Position numbers and translations under genes: made by a program. Positions 59,216 through 64,000 of a DNA stretch of 64,000 nucleotides are shown piece by piece; the first letter of the stretch is position 1, and each line of letters starts with the position of its first letter. Below the pieces are notes generated by a model. It was not told the DNA's origin and made no database searches. It saw only the letters and a list, made by a program, of their open reading frames with translations. Location: assembly GCF_025060375.1 (NCBI RefSeq), contig NZ_JANXCG010000062.1:30855-94854 (forward strand), in the 5' to 3' direction. Source of the DNA: Meiothermus sp. GTDB lineage: Bacteria > Deinococcota > Deinococci > Deinococcales > Thermaceae.

Positions 59216-62200
59216 GGGAAAAGGCGGTCAACCCGGTCATCGAGTTCTTCGTGCGGCGCTTCGTCTTCTCCACGGCGGTCTTTCTGGCGCTGGTCCTCTT
59301 CGGCCTCATCTCCGGAAGCCGGGTGGGGGTAGACCTCCTGCCGCGCTTTGAGATACCGGTGGTTGCGGTCACCACCGCCTATCCCGGGGCCGGGCCAGAG
59401 GAGGTGGAGCAGCAGGTAAGCCGCCCCATAGAGGAGGCGGTCTCCACCCTCTCGGGCCTGGACCAGATCGCCTCGCTCTCCGGCGAGGGCTTCTCCCAGG
59501 TCATTGTTTCCTTTGAGTTCGGACAGGACATCAACCGGGTAGCCACCGACGTAGCCCAGCGGGTGGCCGCGGTGCGGGGCCAACTTCCCCGCGATGCCCA
59601 AGCCCCCGTGGTGCAGCGCTTTGACCCGGGTGCCGCACCCATCCTCTACATCGCCCTCTCGGCCGATGGGCGCGACCTGCGCGAGGTGGCCAGGTACGCC
59701 AACGACGTGCTCAAGCCCCGCCTTCAGCTCGTCGGTGGAGTAGCCGACGTGCAGGTACAAGGGGCCCCAGAGCGAGAGGTGCAGGTTCTGCTCGACCCTT
59801 ACAAGGTGGCGGCCTTCGGCCTCTCGCCCCAGCAGGTGGTGGGGGCCATCCAGGCCTCAGCCCTGGCGGTGCCCGCGGGCACCCAGGACGAGCAGGGGCA
59901 GCGCCTCCTCTTCACCCTGCGCAACACCCCCACCACCCCAGAGGAGGTAGGCCGCATCCTGGTAGACCCCGCCCGAGGCCTTGAGGTGCGCGACCTGGCC
60001 GTGGTGCGGGACACCCAGGCAGAGCCCACCCGCCTCACCCGCCTGAACGGCCAACCGGTCATCCCCCTAGCGGTGCGCAAGACCCCCGACTCCAATGCGG
60101 TGGCGGTAGCCCAGGGGGTGAAGCGCACCCTGGAGGAGGTACGGCTGCCCCCGGGCTACTCCGCCCAAATTGTCGGCGACACAACTATCTTCATCGAGAA
60201 CACCGCCCGGGACACCTTCCGCGAGGTGTTGCTGGTGGCCCTCATCGTCTCTCTGATCACCCTGGTCTTCCTCGGGAAGCTCAACTCGGTCTTCAGCGTG
60301 GTGCTGGCCATCCCCATCACCATGTCGGGGGCCCTCATCGTCTTCGGGTTACTGGGCTTCACCTTCAACATTATCAGCCTGCTGGCCCTGATTGTGGCGG
60401 TGGGCATTGTGGTCGACGACTCCATTGTGCTCTCCGAGAACATCGAGCGCTACCGCCAGATGGGCTACGACAACCTGCAGGCGGTGCTCAAAGGGGCCAC
60501 CGAGGTGCTCTCTGCGGTCTCAGCAGCCACCCTCTCCCTGCTGGCGGTTTTTCTGCCGATCAGCTTCCTGCCGGGCATCATCGGGGAGTTCTTCCGCCAG
60601 TTCGGGATTGTGCTGGCCGCGGCCATCGCGGTGAGCTGGCTCGAGGCCCTTTTCTTCCTCACCGTGCGGCTGGCCTACTTTCCCGACCCCGACCCACCGA
60701 GCTGGCCGCAGCTTGGGCGGCGCCTGCTGGGCTTGGGCGACGACCTGCGCTGGGGCCTGCGGCTGCACGTCTACCGGCAAAAGGACGCGGGCCTGGCCAA
60801 GCGTCTTTTCAACCTGCTCATCACCCCCCTCACCCTGGCCCTGGCCCCACTGCGGTGGGCCGCCTCGGTTTTGCTGGGGCTCGCGGGGGCCATCGCGGGC
60901 AGCCTGCATGGGGGCTCTGAACGGACGTTTCTGGCTCTGCGGGAGCTTTACGCCAGGAGCCTGGCGGCTGCCCTCAACAGAAGCGGGCTGGTCCTCCTGG
61001 TGGGCCTGGGGTTCTTCCTCAGCATCGGCTTCGTAGCCCCCCGCATCCCCTTCAACTTCACCCCCAAAAACGATAGTGGCCAGATCAACATTGACCTGAG
61101 CCTACCCAAAGGCACCGCCCTGTCCGAAACCAACGCCCTTACCCGGCGGTTGGAGGGGTGGCTCGGGCAGCGGCCGGAGGTCCAGGCCTTCCTGACCACG
61201 GTAGGTAGCTCGCAAAACCTGCTCGGCACCGGGAACCCCGAACGGGCCCGCATCGTGGTGGAGCTGGTGCCCAGGGAGGAGCGGCCCAACGTTTACGACC
61301 TAGCCCCCCTCTACCGCGAAGCGCTGGGTGCGCTCCTGACCGACCGGCCCGAAGCCGACCTGCGGGTCTCGGTGCCCGAGGGGGGCCCCGGCGGGGCTGC
61401 CGACTTGCAGTTCACCTTGACCGCACCCAACCCCCAGGTGCTGGAGGAGAAAAACCGGCTGGCCCTCCAGGTCCTGCGCAGCCTTCCCTACCTGAGCGAT
61501 GTGCGCAGCAGCCTCGAGGAAACCACCACCGAACGGGTGCTGGTGCCCGACCCAACCCGGCTCCAGGGCACAGGGCTCAGCCCAAACGACCTGGCCCAGA
61601 CCCTGCGCATCTACAACGCGGGCACCCGTGCCGCTAACCTGCGGGCAGGAGGCGATGACATACCCATCGTGGTACGGGCTGACCCGCGCTTCGTCCCCGA
61701 CCAGGCCAGCCTCCTCTCGCTGCCGGTAGCCGCCCCCGCCCTGCGCACTACCCTGCCCATCGGCAGCCTGGGCCAGTTTGAAACCCGCCAGACCCCAGCC
61801 CAGCTCGCCCGGACCAACCAGGCCTTTTCCGCCGGTATCAACGCCAACCGGACCCCTGGGGTGGAGCTGGGCATTCTGCAAATCTCCAACCTGGTGGAAG
61901 CTGAGCTAGAGAGGGCCGGTGTCCTTGGGGATGGGGTACAGCTGGAACGGCAAGGCTCGACGGCCTTCGTGGGCGACCTGGCCCGGAGTGCCCCCATCGC
62001 CTTTGGTCTGGCGCTTCTGCTCAACTTCCTGGTGATCTCGAGCCAGTTCAACACCTTCCGCTACCCCATTTACCTGCTCCTGCCGGTTCCTCTAGCCCTG
62101 GTGGGGGCCTTCTGGTTCCTGTACTTCTTCCAAAGTGGCCTGGACGTGGTCTCGGTCCTGGGGGTGGTCATCCTGATAGGCCTGGTGACCAAGAACGCCA

Positions 62201-62517
62201 TCCTGCTTCTGGACTTCGCAGTCCGAACAGCGCGGGAAAAGCCCCTCTACGAAGCGCTGGTGGAAGCCGGCCGGTTGCGTCTGCGCCCCATTCTGATGAC
62301 CACTCTCACCGTGCTCATGATCTCCATCCCCCTCATCGCTGCAGTTGGGGAGGGCTCGGAGTTCCGCCGGCCCTTGGGCATTATCATCCTCGGGGGGGTC
62401 TCGGTCTCCATGCTGCTCACCCTCTTCGTGGTTCCGGCCGCCTTCTACCTCTTTGAGCGCAAGCGCTACGAGCAGCTCCGCCTTCAAAACCAACCCTTTC
62501 CCGCCTCAACGGACTGA
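59212..62517 (+). CDS. RND efflux permease (AcrB/AcrD/AcrF family)
   Basis: YPGAGPEEVE, GIVVDDSIVLSENI, GLVTKNAILL and RLRPILMT. Confidence 0.95.
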   Translation: MREKAVNPVIEFFVRRFVFSTAVFLALVLFGLISGSRVGVDLLPRFEIPVVAVTTAYPGAGPEEVEQQVSRPIEEAVSTLSGLDQIASLSGEGFSQVIVSFEFGQDINRVATDVAQRVAAVRGQLPRDAQAPVVQRFDPGAAPILYIALSADGRDLREVARYANDVLKPRLQLVGGVADVQVQGAPEREVQVLLDPYKVAAFGLSPQQVVGAIQASALAVPAGTQDEQGQRLLFTLRNTPTTPEEVGRILVDPARGLEVRDLAVVRDTQAEPTRLTRLNGQPVIPLAVRKTPDSNAVAVAQGVKRTLEEVRLPPGYSAQIVGDTTIFIENTARDTFREVLLVALIVSLITLVFLGKLNSVFSVVLAIPITMSGALIVFGLLGFTFNIISLLALIVAVGIVVDDSIVLSENIERYRQMGYDNLQAVLKGATEVLSAVSAATLSLLAVFLPISFLPGIIGEFFRQFGIVLAAAIAVSWLEALFFLTVRLAYFPDPDPPSWPQLGRRLLGLGDDLRWGLRLHVYRQKDAGLAKRLFNLLITPLTLALAPLRWAASVLLGLAGAIAGSLHGGSERTFLALRELYARSLAAALNRSGLVLLVGLGFFLSIGFVAPRIPFNFTPKNDSGQINIDLSLPKGTALSETNALTRRLEGWLGQRPEVQAFLTTVGSSQNLLGTGNPERARIVVELVPREERPNVYDLAPLYREALGALLTDRPEADLRVSVPEGGPGGAADLQFTLTAPNPQVLEEKNRLALQVLRSLPYLSDVRSSLEETTTERVLVPDPTRLQGTGLSPNDLAQTLRIYNAGTRAANLRAGGDDIPIVVRADPRFVPDQASLLSLPVAAPALRTTLPIGSLGQFETRQTPAQLARTNQAFSAGINANRTPGVELGILQISNLVEAELERAGVLGDGVQLERQGSTAFVGDLARSAPIAFGLALLLNFLVISSQFNTFRYPIYLLLPVPLALVGAFWFLYFFQSGLDVVSVLGVVILIGLVTKNAILLLDFAVRTAREKPLYEALVEAGRLRLRPILMTTLTVLMISIPLIAAVGEGSEFRRPLGIIILGGVSVSMLLTLFVVPAAFYLFERKRYEQLRLQNQPFPASTD

Positions 62518-62526
62518 AGCGCCGCC

Positions 62527-63279
62527 ATGAAGCTCCGCAAACACCATGTTTTCTGGCTGGTCTTTTTCGGAGGACTGCTCCTTTTCGCCGGGGCCATGGT
62601 CTGGTACACCCGGCAAGCCCTAAGGCCCTACCCCGCAGCCCCCGAGGCCCGGGAGGCCCTCGCCTCTACCCCAGAGCTGGAGGTGCGCCCAACCGCGTAC
62701 GGATGGGTCTTCATACCCAGCCAACAGGTCAGAGCTGGGCTGGCCTTTTACCCAGGCGGACTGGTGGAGCCGGAAGCCTACGCCCCGGTGCTGCGCCGCA
62801 TCGCTCAGGCAGGCTACCGTGTGGCCCTGCTGCGGTTGCGCTACAACCTAGCGGTCACCGAGCAGGGTAAGGCCCGGCAGCCCATCGCTGAGGCCCCCGG
62901 GCTGCGCTGGGCGGTAGGGGGGCACAGCCTAGGGGGGGTGGTGGCCTCCAACTTTGCGGCCAGCAACCCGGCTGCCAAAGCCCTGGTGATGTGGGCGGCC
63001 TACCCCCTGAACGACCTCTCGAGCCTATCCCTCCCCACCCTAGCCCTCTTTGGGGAGAAAGACGGCCGCATTAGCCAGGAGCAGCTCGAGGCCCACAAGG
63101 GCAAATTCCCCCCAGCCACCCGATTCGTGGTCATACCCGGGCTCAACCACGCAAGCTTTGGCGCATACGGCCCCCAGCGAGGCGACAACCCTACGGCCCT
63201 TCCAAAGGAGACGGGTTGGGATCAGGTAGCCCAGCAAACGGTGGCCTTCCTAAACGAAGCACTGGGCACCCTCCCCTAG
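62527..63279 (+). CDS. Membrane-anchored alpha/beta hydrolase
   Basis: N-terminal TM helix, FYPGG, GHSLGG, GEKDG and GLNHASFG. Confidence 0.85.
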   Translation: MKLRKHHVFWLVFFGGLLLFAGAMVWYTRQALRPYPAAPEAREALASTPELEVRPTAYGWVFIPSQQVRAGLAFYPGGLVEPEAYAPVLRRIAQAGYRVALLRLRYNLAVTEQGKARQPIAEAPGLRWAVGGHSLGGVVASNFAASNPAAKALVMWAAYPLNDLSSLSLPTLALFGEKDGRISQEQLEAHKGKFPPATRFVVIPGLNHASFGAYGPQRGDNPTALPKETGWDQVAQQTVAFLNEALGTLP

Positions 63280-63318
63280 CCCCTCGCGCCCCTCTGCAGT
63301 GTAGAATCCGAGGGAGTT

Positions 63319-64000
63319 ATGGGCCGTCTTCTGTTTTTCACCACGAGCGGAGTTGTGCTGCTCGTGATGGCGCTTGCCCCATGGGCTGTCCCGCTTCGGG
63401 AGTTTGACGGAACCGGATACCTTCTCAATCCCATGGGGACCATCAACCTCGGAAGGCTCTCCCTTCCCGAAGGCCTGAGCTTCCCTTGGCTGGGCCCCTT
63501 CTTCGGCGTATGGGTGGCCCTGGTCCTAGCAGCCAGCATAGCCTTCCTCACACCCAACCCCCAGACCCGGGCCCACCTCCTGTACGCCCTAGGGGGCCTT
63601 GGAATTGCCCTTTTCGTAGTAGGCGCGCTGCTTTTTTACCAAGCGGTGGGCTCGGCCAACGAGGCTGCCCTGGCAGCAGGAGCCCGGCGCCCCCCGCTGC
63701 GCCGCTTCGCCCTATCGCTGGGGATGTACGCAGGGCTTTTCTACGCCCTGTTCCTGCTGCTCCTAGCCCGGATGCAGCTTCCAGGCGGCCTGGCCTTCCT
63801 GGTTCGGATGCGGGGAGTGGTGGTCCCGCTGGTCTCCCTCCTGCTGGCAGTGGTGGTGGGAGCAGCGGTGGTGGCCCTGCTACGGCCTGGCCTGGGTACG
63901 CAGGGCATGGAAGGCCTGGGTCTCCGCGAGCTTGTAGCGAGCAAGCTCGACTTGGTGACCTACACATTCCAAATCCTCTTCAGCCCTCTGCTCAGCTTGC
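63319..64000 (+). CDS. Integral membrane protein, probably a nucleoside/sugar ABC permease; 3' end outside the window
   Basis: Open frame from ATG 63319 (MGRLLFFTTSG..VVVPLVSLLLAVVVGAAVV..) to the window end, with multiple TM segments. TAGAAT at 63302. Missing from the ORF track because it has no stop. Confidence 0.65.
   Translation, partial: MGRLLFFTTSGVVLLVMALAPWAVPLREFDGTGYLLNPMGTINLGRLSLPEGLSFPWLGPFFGVWVALVLAASIAFLTPNPQTRAHLLYALGGLGIALFVVGALLFYQAVGSANEAALAAGARRPPLRRFALSLGMYAGLFYALFLLLLARMQLPGGLAFLVRMRGVVVPLVSLLLAVVVGAAVVALLRPGLGTQGMEGLGLRELVASKLDLVTYTFQILFSPLLSL

Overview
GC-rich bacterial chromosomal window. Gene content and promoter style suggest Deinococcus-Thermus, probably Thermaceae or Meiothermus-like (inference). 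From left to right it holds: housekeeping genes (ileS 3' part, sufE-like, TrmH-family methylase, prs, lon, DUF1517, peroxiredoxin); a ~15 kb tryptophan/kynurenine to anthraniloyl-CoA catabolic cluster with an ABC transporter; three adjacent acetyl-CoA-synthetase-family genes, one fused in frame to a complete IclR regulator; a TetR regulator and a GNAT; the hpa (4-hydroxyphenylacetate/homoprotocatechuate) cluster; a paa-like CoA module with a second ABC transporter; radA with a PIN/TRAM gene; a lipoprotein, an ALDH and coaD; a MarR-RND efflux operon with two very different TolC-like genes; an alpha/beta hydrolase; and a truncated ABC permease. I saw no rRNA, tRNA, CRISPR array or transposase. 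Best leads: (1) the IclR-ACS fusion, whose ACS domain has substitutions at CoA-half-reaction positions and may be an acyl-adenylate-sensing regulator; (2) a TolC pair in which one protein appears to lack beta-barrel strands while the other has extra ones; (3) a shared 18-bp operator linking the TetR gene to the paa-like operon; (4) an alpha/beta-hydrolase candidate for kynurenine formamidase. All family calls come from motif recognition by eye; no database searches were run.
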